Below, one piece after another: positions 20,191-29,039 of a stretch of 64,000 nucleotides of DNA. Under the pieces are notes generated by a model. That model saw only the letters and a list, made by a program, of their open reading frames with translations, was not told the DNA's origin and did no database searches. This DNA is from an uncultured Bacteroidales bacterium (lineage in GTDB: Bacteria > Bacteroidota > Bacteroidia > Bacteroidales > F082): NCBI GenBank assembly GCA_905233685.1, contig CAJOEZ010000011.1, positions 8,040 through 72,039 on the forward strand. Reading direction: 5' to 3'. Both the position numbers and the translations under genes were made by a program. Numbering within the stretch: position 1 is the stretch's first letter; every line of letters starts with the position of its first letter.

Positions 20191-21009
20191 ATGAACCAGC
20201 CTTACACCAACATCAACATCAACCCCAACAACAAGAAAATCGGACGCTACATCCTTTGGGGCATTTTGGCATTTTTGGCCATCTTGGTATTTTTCTCCTC
20301 GTTCTACACCATCCGCTCGACCGAGCGGGGCGTGCTTTCCACCTTCGGGAAGATGAGCGACGAGGTCATCGGCGACGGCTTGCACATGAAGATTCCCTTC
20401 ATCCAGACCATCAAGCGCGTCAACGTGCAGCAGAAGAAGTTCGACGGCAAGGAAAACAGCTACACCCGCGACGTGCAAACCTCGGAGGTCGAGTACACCA
20501 TCAACTACGACCTCGTGCGCGAGAACGTCAGCAAGCTGATGAAGAACGTCGGCGACGACTACCACAACCGCATCGTGGTGCCCTTCATTCGTTCGTCCAT
20601 GAAACAAAGCTTCGGCAACTTTGCAGCTACCGAAATCGTTGAGAACCGTGACGCCGTGCGCCGCGAGATTGAGCAAACGCTACGTCAGACATTGGACAGC
20701 AACTATTTCATGAATATCCAGTTTCAGATAACAAACATCGACTTCGACGACGACTTCGAGACCGCCATCAAGGAGAAACAGGTGGCCGAACAGAATGCCC
20801 TGAAAGCCAAGAACGTCACCATCCAAGTGGAAGAGCAGGCCAAGCAGACCAAAATCAAGGCCCAAGCTGAAGCCGAAGCCATGAGCATCAAGGCGGCAGC
20901 TTTGGAGAGCAACCCCAAGTTGGTGAACTACGAGGCCGTACAGAAATGGGACGGTAAGATGCCTCAATACATGCTTGGCAACTCGGTGCCTTTCATTGAT
21001 TTGAAGTAA
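20191..21009 (+). CDS. SPFH/band-7 (prohibitin/HflC-like) membrane protein
   Basis: N-terminal TM helix, SPFH core (TIRSTERGVLSTFGKM..., VQTSEVEYTINYDL), and a coiled-coil AEQNALKAKN...AQAEAEA tail. Confidence 0.85.
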   Translation: MNQPYTNININPNNKKIGRYILWGILAFLAILVFFSSFYTIRSTERGVLSTFGKMSDEVIGDGLHMKIPFIQTIKRVNVQQKKFDGKENSYTRDVQTSEVEYTINYDLVRENVSKLMKNVGDDYHNRIVVPFIRSSMKQSFGNFAATEIVENRDAVRREIEQTLRQTLDSNYFMNIQFQITNIDFDDDFETAIKEKQVAEQNALKAKNVTIQVEEQAKQTKIKAQAEAEAMSIKAAALESNPKLVNYEAVQKWDGKMPQYMLGNSVPFIDLK

Positions 21010-21193
21010 TCAAGTTTGTAGTAATTCTTTAATTATATGAGAATGCCCTTTCACCGTCACTAAGCATTTCTGACGGGGATGATTGGGCGACAAAATCAGC
21101 TGTTTTGGTGAAGTGAATGCAGCATTGGAATATTTTTTGAGATAAGGAAAAATATTTCAGCAAAAAATGCGTCCATCTTAGCGCAAAACTCAC

Positions 21194-21201
21194 TATTTTT
21201 G
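21194..21201 (+). promoter_or_regulatory. -7 promoter box TATTTTTG for the efflux operon
   Basis: Matches TAnnTTTG, 42 nt upstream of ATG 21243. Confidence 0.45.
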
Positions 21202-21242
21202 CAACTTATTAATTAAATATAGGACTCATACAAAACAAACCA

Positions 21243-22568
21243 ATGAACCGACTGATTTTCAGAATTTTAACTATTTCTACAATGATCATCGCCCCGTTTT
21301 TTGCGCAGGCACAGGATGGCTCTTCGACCGGCTCAGGAACCTTGCAGCTCACCCTCGACCAAGCTTTGGAGATTGCACTTTCGGAGAGCAACACCATCAA
21401 GATTGCGGACATGACCATCGAAAAGACCGGCTATGCGCAAAAGGGCAGCTATGCCGCGCTATATCCTAATATTAATGTGAGCGGCTCCTATCAACGCACC
21501 CTCCTCAAGCAGGTGATGGTGATGGACATGGGCGGTCAGACGATGGAAATCAAAGTGGGTCGCGATAACAACATCACCACCTCGGCCTCGGCCAGTATGC
21601 CTTTGGTGAACGCCCAGCTATGGGAAAGCCTGAAATTGTCGGCCATGGATGTGGAAATGGCTGTGGAACAGGCGCGTTCGTCGAAAATTGGGCTAATCAA
21701 GCAGGTGAAACAGGCTTTCTATGCCGTGCTGTTGGCGGAAAAGTCGCTCGATGTGGTTTCGGAGGTTTACTCCAACGCCCAGAAAAACTATGAGAAGACA
21801 TTGCAACGCTTCAACGTGGGCAAGGTCTCCGAAGTGGAACGCCTGCGCTCCCAAGTGACGATGATGAATGCAGAGCCGGCCGTGTCGAGTGCGGAAAACA
21901 CCATCGTATTGGCCACTTGGCAACTGAAAGCCGTCATGGGCATTGACTTGGATACTGACATTCAAGTGGTTGGCGACTTAATTGACTACACTAACGAGAT
22001 GTTAGCGCCATACGCCTCGGAGGAAGACCTCAGCAACAACAGTTCCCTGTTGCAGCTTGAAATTCAGGACCGTATGCTCGAATCCACCATCAAGATGCAG
22101 AAAAACCAATACTTGCCCACATTAGCGGCGAGCATCAACTACAACTACAGCGCAATGGGCGACGACGAACTGAGATGGTTCCCTTCATCGAACGCCGCCC
22201 TCAGTCTCAACATCCCCGTGTTTGACGGCTTCCAAAAACGCTTCAACATCAAGCAAACCAAGGTGACACGCAATATGCTTGCCCTTCAACGCGAAGACAC
22301 TGAGCGCAATCTGCGCGTCGCCATCCGCAACTTCAACGACCAGATGGCATTGAGTATCAAGAACTACCAAGCCGCTGATGCCACCGTGGAGGTTGCCCAA
22401 AAGAGCTACGACATCTCCGAGAAGATGTACGAAGTGGGCAAGGCCACCATAGTCGAACTGAACGACGCACAAGTGGCTTTGATGCAGGCGCAACTCACTC
22501 AGGCACAAGCAGTTTACAATTTTATGGTGACTAAAGCCTCGTTGGATGAATTAATTGGAAAAGAATAG
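21243..22568 (+). CDS. TolC-family outer membrane efflux protein
   Basis: Signal peptide and a two-fold repeated OMF architecture (LTLDQALEIALSESNTIK...). First gene of the OMF-MFP-RND operon. Confidence 0.85.
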   Translation: MNRLIFRILTISTMIIAPFFAQAQDGSSTGSGTLQLTLDQALEIALSESNTIKIADMTIEKTGYAQKGSYAALYPNINVSGSYQRTLLKQVMVMDMGGQTMEIKVGRDNNITTSASASMPLVNAQLWESLKLSAMDVEMAVEQARSSKIGLIKQVKQAFYAVLLAEKSLDVVSEVYSNAQKNYEKTLQRFNVGKVSEVERLRSQVTMMNAEPAVSSAENTIVLATWQLKAVMGIDLDTDIQVVGDLIDYTNEMLAPYASEEDLSNNSSLLQLEIQDRMLESTIKMQKNQYLPTLAASINYNYSAMGDDELRWFPSSNAALSLNIPVFDGFQKRFNIKQTKVTRNMLALQREDTERNLRVAIRNFNDQMALSIKNYQAADATVEVAQKSYDISEKMYEVGKATIVELNDAQVALMQAQLTQAQAVYNFMVTKASLDELIGKE

Positions 22569-22664
22569 GCTACTGGCCATTGGCTATTGGCTCTTGGCTG
22601 TCCCTCCCATAAGGAGATTGCGGGTCTCCGCCCGCAATGACAGCCAGAGGCCAAAAGCCAGAAG
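22569..22664. other. Intergenic nested hairpin built from 7-nt word repeats
   Basis: Left arm ggccattggctattggctcttggctg (CTnTTGG units) is imperfectly complementary to cagccagaggccaaaagccagaag. The inner perfect 8-bp stem is ATTGCGGG (22617..22624) / CCCGCAAT (22631..22638). Confidence 0.6.
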
Positions 22665-22698
22665 AAAATAAATGGAAATAACAAACAGAAAATCAATG

Positions 22699-23724
22699 AA
22701 ATACATTAAACTCAGCATCATCACCCTCGCCGTTGCCGCATTGATGACGGCTTGCGGGCAAAAAGACAACTCCACCGCTACGACGGGACAAAACTCGCAA
22801 AAGGCCGCACCCGTGGTCAGTGTCGTCACGGCGCAGGCCGAAGACGTGGACATCACCAACACCTTCACCTCCAACATCGAGCCTTTCGCCACGAACAACA
22901 TCGTCTCGCAGACGGCAGGCCGCATCATGAGCATCAACGCCGAAGTGGGCGACAAGGTGCGCAAAGGCCAACTCTTGGCCAAAATGGATGAAGTGACCCT
23001 CGCCAAAACGCGGTTGCAGTTCATCAACGACTCGACGGAATTCAGCCGCCTCACCGAGCTTCACAAAATCGGCGCTGTTGCACAGTCAGACTACGACATG
23101 GCCAAGCTCTCTTTGAAAATCACCGAAAAAACCTATCATAACCTATTGGAAAACACATATTTAAGAAGTCCTCTCAACGGTGTGGTGACCGCCCGCAACT
23201 ACGACAAGGGCGACATGTACAGCATGGCCCAACCCATTTTCGTCGTCGAGCAAATCCAGCCGGTGAAGATGCTGGCCAACGTGTCGGAAAGCCTGTTCAC
23301 CCAGGTGCATGAGGGCATGGAGTTCGACATCGTCGTTGACGCCTACCCGAATGAAGTCTTCAAAGGCAAGGTGAACCTGCTCTACCCCACTGTCAACGCC
23401 ACTACGCACACCTTCCCTGTTGAGGTCATTTGTGAGAACAAAGATCAACGCTTACGCCCGGGAATGTTCGCCCGCGTGACGGCTACCTTCGGCACCAACC
23501 ACCACATCGTCGTCCCCGACAACGCCGTGGTCAAGCAGCAAGGCTCGGGCGAGCATTTCGTGTATGTACTGCAGCCCGACAACACCGTAAAATACACCCT
23601 CGTGGAACTTGGCAAACGCATGGGCAATCGTTACGAAATCGTCAGCGGCCTCAATGAGGGCGATCGAATCGTCACTGAGGGACAGGTTCGATTGAAGGAT
23701 GGTGTGAGTGTTACTGTGAAATAA
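22699..23724 (+). CDS. RND efflux periplasmic adaptor (MFP/HlyD family)
   Basis: Lipoprotein-type signal MKYIKLSIITLAVAALMTACGQ, then barrel-sandwich/hairpin layout. Sits between the OMF and RND genes. Confidence 0.85.
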   Translation, partial: KYIKLSIITLAVAALMTACGQKDNSTATTGQNSQKAAPVVSVVTAQAEDVDITNTFTSNIEPFATNNIVSQTAGRIMSINAEVGDKVRKGQLLAKMDEVTLAKTRLQFINDSTEFSRLTELHKIGAVAQSDYDMAKLSLKITEKTYHNLLENTYLRSPLNGVVTARNYDKGDMYSMAQPIFVVEQIQPVKMLANVSESLFTQVHEGMEFDIVVDAYPNEVFKGKVNLLYPTVNATTHTFPVEVICENKDQRLRPGMFARVTATFGTNHHIVVPDNAVVKQQGSGEHFVYVLQPDNTVKYTLVELGKRMGNRYEIVSGLNEGDRIVTEGQVRLKDGVSVTVK

Positions 23725-23739
23725 AATAATGTGGAGTGT

Positions 23740-23794
23740 GGAGTTAGTAGTGAGGAGTATTCCCCACAACTCCAAACTCTTCACTCCTAACTCC
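23740..23794. other. Intergenic long hairpin (17/19-bp stem) between adaptor and pump genes
   Basis: ggagttagtagtgaggagt (23740..23758) pairs with actcttcactcctaactcc (23776..23794). The arms are made of GGAGT-type 7-nt words. Confidence 0.6.
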
Positions 23795-23807
23795 TAACTA
23801 AAAGAAA

Positions 23808-26800
23808 ATGAGCCTACAAAGAACAGCAGTCAATAATCCGGTGACGACAGCCTTGGTGTTTGTCGCCATCGCCATTTTCGGCATTTTCTCCCTGATGAAC
23901 CTCTCCATCAATCAGTTACCTAACATGGAGACCAATTTCATCATGGTGATGACCTCCTATCCGGGAGCCAGTGCCGCCGATATTGAAACCAACATTTCCA
24001 AGACCTTGGAGAACACGCTGAACGCCGTGCCCGACCTGAAGCACCTTTCCTCCACCTCGCGTGAGAACACCTCGGTGCTGTCATTGGAGTTTGAGAGCGG
24101 CATCGACATTGAGACGGCCACCAACAACGTGCGTGACAAAATCGACATGGTGCGAAACTACCTGCCCGACGGCGCGACCAACCCAGTCCTGTTCAAGTTT
24201 AACGCCGAGGACATGCCCATCATGCTCATCAGCGTGACGGCGGAAGAGAGCCTGCCCGCTTTGGACAAGATCATCGATGACCGTGTCACAACACCATTGG
24301 CGCGTGTGAGCGGTGTGGGTACGGTGTCAGCCAACGGCGCACCGAAGCGCGAAATCCAAGTTTATGTCGACCCTAACAAGTTGGAAGCCTACAACTTAAC
24401 CCTTGAAAGCATCTCCAATACTTTGGCTACCGAAAACCGCAACGTACCCGCTGGTTACATCGACATCGGGTCGAACAGCTACAGCCTTCGCATCCAGAAA
24501 GAGTTCACATCGGCCAAGGAGATGGAGAACGTCATTGTCGGCTCATTCGGCACCGCGCCTATTTATTTGCGTGATGTGGCCACGGTCATCGACGGCTCAG
24601 AGGAGCGCATCCAGGAGTCGTACAGCAACGGCCGACAAGGTGCCACCATCATTATCCAAAAGCAGACTGACGCCAATGCCGTCAACGTCATTAAGGGCAT
24701 CAAGAAACAGTTGGAAGTCATTGAGCCCACGCTACCCTCCGATGTCAAGCTGAACATCATCGTCGACGGCTCCACCACCATTCAGAACACCATCAACAAC
24801 TTACGCGACACCATCTTCATTACCTTCATTTTGGTGATGTTAGTCGTGTTCGTGTTCCTCGGCCGCTGGCGTGCCACCTTCATCATCGTGCTCGCCATCC
24901 CGATTTCGCTTCTCGCCTCGTTGATTTACCTGTTTGCCACGGGCAACACGCTGAATATCATCTCCATGTCGTCACTGACCATCGCCATCGGTATGGTTGT
25001 TGACGATGCCATCGTGGTGTTGGAGAACATCACCACGCATATTGAGAAAGGCTCGAAACCTAAGGAAGCTGCTGTTCATGCCACCCAAGAGGTGCAACTT
25101 TCGGTTATCGCTTCGACTTTGACCATGTTGGCAGTATTCTTGCCTTTGACGATGATTAAAGGCACTACCGGCGTGATGTTCAAGCAGTTGGGTTGGATTG
25201 TGTCCATCATTATGATTGTGTCCACCACTGGTGCCCTGACTTTGGTGCCGATGATGTGTTCGCGCATGTTGGTGATGAACCCCCACCAGAGCAAGCTCCA
25301 CAAGGCCATTTTCCGTCCCATCAACAAGGGTTTGGATGCCATCAGCAACGGCTATGCCCGACTCATTAACTGGTGCCTCAACCACCGCAAAGTGGTTATC
25401 TTTAGCATGTTGGCATTGTTTGTTTTGTCCGTTGCCCTCCTCGCTCCTACCTTGAAGACCGAGATGATGCCCAAGTTGGATGAAGGCCGCTTGAGCATCA
25501 ACATCGAGTTGCCGGCGGGCACGGGACAAGACGTTACGGGAGCCTTTGCCAAAAGCCTCGCCGAGGACTTCATGGCCATCCCTGAAGTAAAGATTTGTAA
25601 CTACAGCTTCGGTCAGGCCGACTCCGACAATGCCTTCGCCTCGATGCGCAGCAACGGCACACACATCATGTCGTTCAACCTGCGTCTTGGTACCAAGACC
25701 GAGCGCCGCAAAGCTGGTCTGCGCAAAACCAGCGAGGTGGCCGACGAAATCCGCACCAAACTCAATGCCATGCCTGAAATCAAGAAAGCCAACGTCAGCG
25801 AAGGCGGTGGCGGCATGGGTGGCATGAGCACCGTGCAGGTCGAGGTCTACGGCTACGATTTCGGTACTACCGACAACGTGGCCAACGAAATCGCGCAGAA
25901 GCTCCGCGACCGCGGCATCCTGCAGGTCATCGTAAGCCGCGACGAATACACGCCTGAGTATCAAGTCGATTTCGACCGTGAGAAGTTGGCCTTGAACGGC
26001 CTGAACAGCACCACGGCGGCCACCTACGTCAAGAACCGCATCAATGGCTCGGTGGGTTCCTATTACCGCGAGGACGGCGAAGAGTACGACATCCGCGTGC
26101 GCTACGCCCCCGAGTTCCGCAAGAGCGTCGAGGACATTGAGGATATCAAGATTTACAACTCCTACGGCCAGCCCGTTCGCGTCGGCGATCTCGGTGAAGT
26201 GGTCGAATCCCTGACACCGCCCCAAATCCAGCGTAAGGACCGTGAGCGTATGGTCAGCGTCACCGCCGTGGTCGGTAAAGGCATGGTGCTGAGCGATGTG
26301 GTCAAGATTTGTGAAGAAGTCATCGACGACACTGAAATCCCGTCCGAGATCATGACCAAAATCGCCGGCGACTACGAGACCCAACAGGAGATGTTTGGCG
26401 ACCTGCTCACCCTGCTCGTCCTCATCATCATTTTGGTTTACATCGTGATGGCCTCGCAGTTCGAGAACCTGATGAAGCCCTTCGTCATCATGTTTTCCGT
26501 GCCCTTCACCTTCACTGGCGTTTTGCTCGGCCTCTGGGCCACCAACACCGCTTTGGGTGCCATGGCCTTCGTCGGCGTGCTGATTCTGATGGGTATCGTT
26601 GTGAAGAACGGTATCGTGCTCATCGATTACACCACCCTTTTGGAAGAGCGTGGCGCCGAGGTCAAGGAAGCTACTGTGCAAGCCGCCCGTTCGCGTCTGC
26701 GTCCCATTTTGATGACCACGCTAACGACCGTCTTGGGTATGATTCCGTTGGCCATCGGTCGCGGTGAAGGTGCCGAGATGTGGAACTCCTTGGGCATCAC

Positions 26801-26942
26801 CGTCGCATGGGGCTTGACCGTTTCAACCCTCATCACCTTATTATTAATCCCCGCGCTGTACTGCTCGTTAGAAACCCGTGCAGTTAAGAGAAAGAGACGC
26901 AAAGCCGAGGAAGCATTGACGAAAACTGAAAACATCCGATAA
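23808..26942 (+). CDS. RND efflux transporter permease (AcrB/HAE family)
   Basis: 1044 aa with 12-TM AcrB-like layout, N-terminus MSLQRTAVNNPVTTALVFVAIAIFG, conserved VVDDAIVVLENI. Confidence 0.9.
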   Translation: MSLQRTAVNNPVTTALVFVAIAIFGIFSLMNLSINQLPNMETNFIMVMTSYPGASAADIETNISKTLENTLNAVPDLKHLSSTSRENTSVLSLEFESGIDIETATNNVRDKIDMVRNYLPDGATNPVLFKFNAEDMPIMLISVTAEESLPALDKIIDDRVTTPLARVSGVGTVSANGAPKREIQVYVDPNKLEAYNLTLESISNTLATENRNVPAGYIDIGSNSYSLRIQKEFTSAKEMENVIVGSFGTAPIYLRDVATVIDGSEERIQESYSNGRQGATIIIQKQTDANAVNVIKGIKKQLEVIEPTLPSDVKLNIIVDGSTTIQNTINNLRDTIFITFILVMLVVFVFLGRWRATFIIVLAIPISLLASLIYLFATGNTLNIISMSSLTIAIGMVVDDAIVVLENITTHIEKGSKPKEAAVHATQEVQLSVIASTLTMLAVFLPLTMIKGTTGVMFKQLGWIVSIIMIVSTTGALTLVPMMCSRMLVMNPHQSKLHKAIFRPINKGLDAISNGYARLINWCLNHRKVVIFSMLALFVLSVALLAPTLKTEMMPKLDEGRLSINIELPAGTGQDVTGAFAKSLAEDFMAIPEVKICNYSFGQADSDNAFASMRSNGTHIMSFNLRLGTKTERRKAGLRKTSEVADEIRTKLNAMPEIKKANVSEGGGGMGGMSTVQVEVYGYDFGTTDNVANEIAQKLRDRGILQVIVSRDEYTPEYQVDFDREKLALNGLNSTTAATYVKNRINGSVGSYYREDGEEYDIRVRYAPEFRKSVEDIEDIKIYNSYGQPVRVGDLGEVVESLTPPQIQRKDRERMVSVTAVVGKGMVLSDVVKICEEVIDDTEIPSEIMTKIAGDYETQQEMFGDLLTLLVLIIILVYIVMASQFENLMKPFVIMFSVPFTFTGVLLGLWATNTALGAMAFVGVLILMGIVVKNGIVLIDYTTLLEERGAEVKEATVQAARSRLRPILMTTLTTVLGMIPLAIGRGEGAEMWNSLGITVAWGLTVSTLITLLLIPALYCSLETRAVKRKRRKAEEALTKTENIR

Positions 26943-26944
26943 CC

Positions 26945-27238
26945 ATGAAAGCGATACTGATTACATACAACCAAGCCTACTACGACGAAATCGCCAAAGT
27001 GCTGAACGACAACGGCATGAAGGGCTTCACTGAATGGAACGAAATCAAGGGTCACGGCAGCCACACTGGCGAGCCGCACTATGGCACCCACGCCTGGCCC
27101 ACGCTGAACAATGCCATCATCAGCATCGTGGATGACGACAAAGTCGATGCCATCCTCAACCAGCTGCACGAGAAAGACCTCAAGACGCCGGAACTGGGAT
27201 TGAGAGCCTTCAGTTGGAATGTGGAGAAAATGATTTGA
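26945..27238 (+). CDS. Small transporter-associated protein (PG0541-like, P-II-like fold suspected)
   Basis: 97 aa directly after the RND gene. GHGSHTGEPHYGTHAWPTLNNAI resembles the small proteins I recall downstream of Bacteroidetes RND pumps. Confidence 0.45.
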   Translation: MKAILITYNQAYYDEIAKVLNDNGMKGFTEWNEIKGHGSHTGEPHYGTHAWPTLNNAIISIVDDDKVDAILNQLHEKDLKTPELGLRAFSWNVEKMI

Positions 27239-27243
27239 GCCGT

Positions 27244-27509
27244 ATGAAACGGGGAATCGTTTTGGCTTTGATACTGTGGGGCCTTGCCCTGGTTGTCCTT
27301 GGGCAGGACACGCTTCAAGTGATGACCTATAATGTGCGCCATTGCGCGGGCATGGATTGGGTTTTGGACTACGACCGCACGAACCGACAGACTGCATCGA
27401 CTACATCGCCTCTTTCAACGGCCAAGCAGAGACCCTCGAATCCCACGTCATCAACGAGCCAGAGGCCTCTGACCATCGGCCTTTAGTGGTTTGGCTGCGG
27501 CTGCATTGA
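27244..27509 (+). pseudogene. Endonuclease/exonuclease/phosphatase (EEP) family gene with large internal deletion and frameshift
   Basis: The N-terminal signal plus LQVMTYNVRHCAGMDWVLDYDRT is joined near 27385, in another frame, to DCIDYIASFNGQAETLESHVINEPEASDHRPLVVWLRLH*. Only 266 nt remain. Confidence 0.6.
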
Positions 27510-27535
27510 GAAGCTTTTTGCCCAAAAGGCCTCTG

Positions 27536-28840
27536 CTATTGTTCTCCAAAATAAGCTTCAACCGCATAAAGCGGAATGTTTTCCATCCAGCCTTGGTCAA
27601 TGTATGGTTTCATGCTGCAACGCAGACCTTTAAGATTCAACTCCTTAAAGTCCTCCTTGATAAAAGTGGACAGCGATTTTGACTTGACATTCTCTTCCGC
27701 CTTCACTTCTAACGGGACAATTCTTTCAGCGGTTTGTACCAAGAAATCAACCTCTTGCGTGGAGTTGTCTTTACTATAATAATAGGTTGGAAGATTTTGT
27801 TTGGCGGTCAATTGCTGCAACACATAATTCTCAGCAAAGGCACCCTTGAACTCAACGAAAGCCTTGCTTCCCAAAAGGATGTCGGCAGGTTCGGTCTCAC
27901 AAAGTGTGGCCAATAAACCGCAATCCAACAGATAGATTTTGAACGCCGAAGCATCCGCATAAAACTTCAAGGGCTGGCGGGGCATATTACAACGGTTCAC
28001 ACGAATGACCAACCCTGCATCCACAAGCCATTGGAGGGCTTCCTCAAACTGCGCCGCCCTTGCTCCTTTCTTGACAAGTCCAAAAATGAACTTCTTGTTT
28101 TCTTTGGCCAACTGCGCCGGAATGCTATCCCATACCATGCGGATATGCCTGACCATGTTTTTCGTGTGCTTGGCAAAATCCATGTAATACGACTCAAGGA
28201 TTTCAGCGTGAATCTTGCGAACCTGTTTTGGATCGTGGTTTTGCAACCAATTTGCCACCGCTTCGGGCATGCCTCCTGTAAAAAAGTATTGTCGCAGCCG
28301 GTCGGCGCACTCGTCATTCAAAAGACGCATGGTTTCATAATCAAGATTACCGATGGCTTCGGCAAGCATAATCCTTCCCGACGCTATCAAAAACTCAGAG
28401 AAAGTCATGGGGAACATCCTCATAGTATTCACTTTACCCACAGGGAATGACTCGTCTTCTTTGAGCGAAATGCCAAGCAACGAACCCGCCACAACCACAT
28501 GAAGTTCCCGCATGTTCTCGCAAAAATACTTCAAACTGGCGATGCCGTTGTGGATTTCCTGAATCTCATCAAGGAAAAGCAACGTTTTCCCTGGTGTGAT
28601 TTTCTGCCCAGTTTGAACGCTGATTTGATAAACGATGCGGTCGATGTCGAAATCCGAGAAAAGACTCGTCATGAACTCGTTGTTGTGGCAATTGATATAG
28701 ACCATATTGCTGAACTCTCGTGTGCCGAATTGCTTCAATATGTAGGTTTTCCCCACTTGCCGTGCTCCGAGAAGTATCAAAGGCTTGCGGTCTGCACTGT
28801 CCTTCCACTCCAAAAGTTGAGTATAAATTGCTCTTTCCAT
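27536..28840 (-). CDS. AAA ATPase with C-terminal DUF4143-type (PD-(D/E)xK-like) domain
   Basis: Walker A LLGARQVGKTY, Walker B LLFLDEIQ. The C-terminus has EVDFLV...IVPLEVKAEEN (D...ExK pattern). Confidence 0.8.
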   Translation of the reverse strand: MERAIYTQLLEWKDSADRKPLILLGARQVGKTYILKQFGTREFSNMVYINCHNNEFMTSLFSDFDIDRIVYQISVQTGQKITPGKTLLFLDEIQEIHNGIASLKYFCENMRELHVVVAGSLLGISLKEDESFPVGKVNTMRMFPMTFSEFLIASGRIMLAEAIGNLDYETMRLLNDECADRLRQYFFTGGMPEAVANWLQNHDPKQVRKIHAEILESYYMDFAKHTKNMVRHIRMVWDSIPAQLAKENKKFIFGLVKKGARAAQFEEALQWLVDAGLVIRVNRCNMPRQPLKFYADASAFKIYLLDCGLLATLCETEPADILLGSKAFVEFKGAFAENYVLQQLTAKQNLPTYYYSKDNSTQEVDFLVQTAERIVPLEVKAEENVKSKSLSTFIKEDFKELNLKGLRCSMKPYIDQGWMENIPLYAVEAYFGEQ

Positions 28841-28864
28841 GTATTTTGTATTTCAAATTTGCCG

Positions 28865-28985
28865 CAAAAATACAATTTTATGAGGGAATGTTTCAAAAAA
28901 ATTACACTTTTATGAGGGAATGTTTCAAAAAAATTACACTTTTATGAGGGAATGTTTCAAAAAAATTACACTTTTATGAGGGAAT
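28865..28985. repeat. Tandem 32-bp direct repeat, about 3.8 units
   Basis: Unit ttttatgagggaatgtttcaaaaaaattacac. TGAGGGAAT recurs at 28881, 28913, 28945, 28977 (exact 32-nt period). The first unit overlaps the TATTTTTG -7 box (28865..28872, minus strand) of the ATPase gene. Confidence 0.9.
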
Positions 28986-29039
28986 AATCTCCATGAAATC
29001 GTCGAATCAATTCGGTTCGTCCCTTCGGGACTTTGACTC

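Noticed and set aside
26945-27238. Calling the 97-aa post-RND ORF a GlnB/P-II nitrogen regulator
   Set aside because: There is no T-loop or GlnB signature that I can recognise. The context (always after an RND pump) fits a transporter-associated small protein instead, so it is kept as a low-confidence PG0541-like call.
28990-29039. Small hairpins (GTCCC-ttcg-GGGAC, CGAAT-tga-ATTCG) after the methyltransferase stop as terminators
   Set aside because: The stems are only 5 bp and lack a following T-run on the transcribed strand, which is too weak to annotate.
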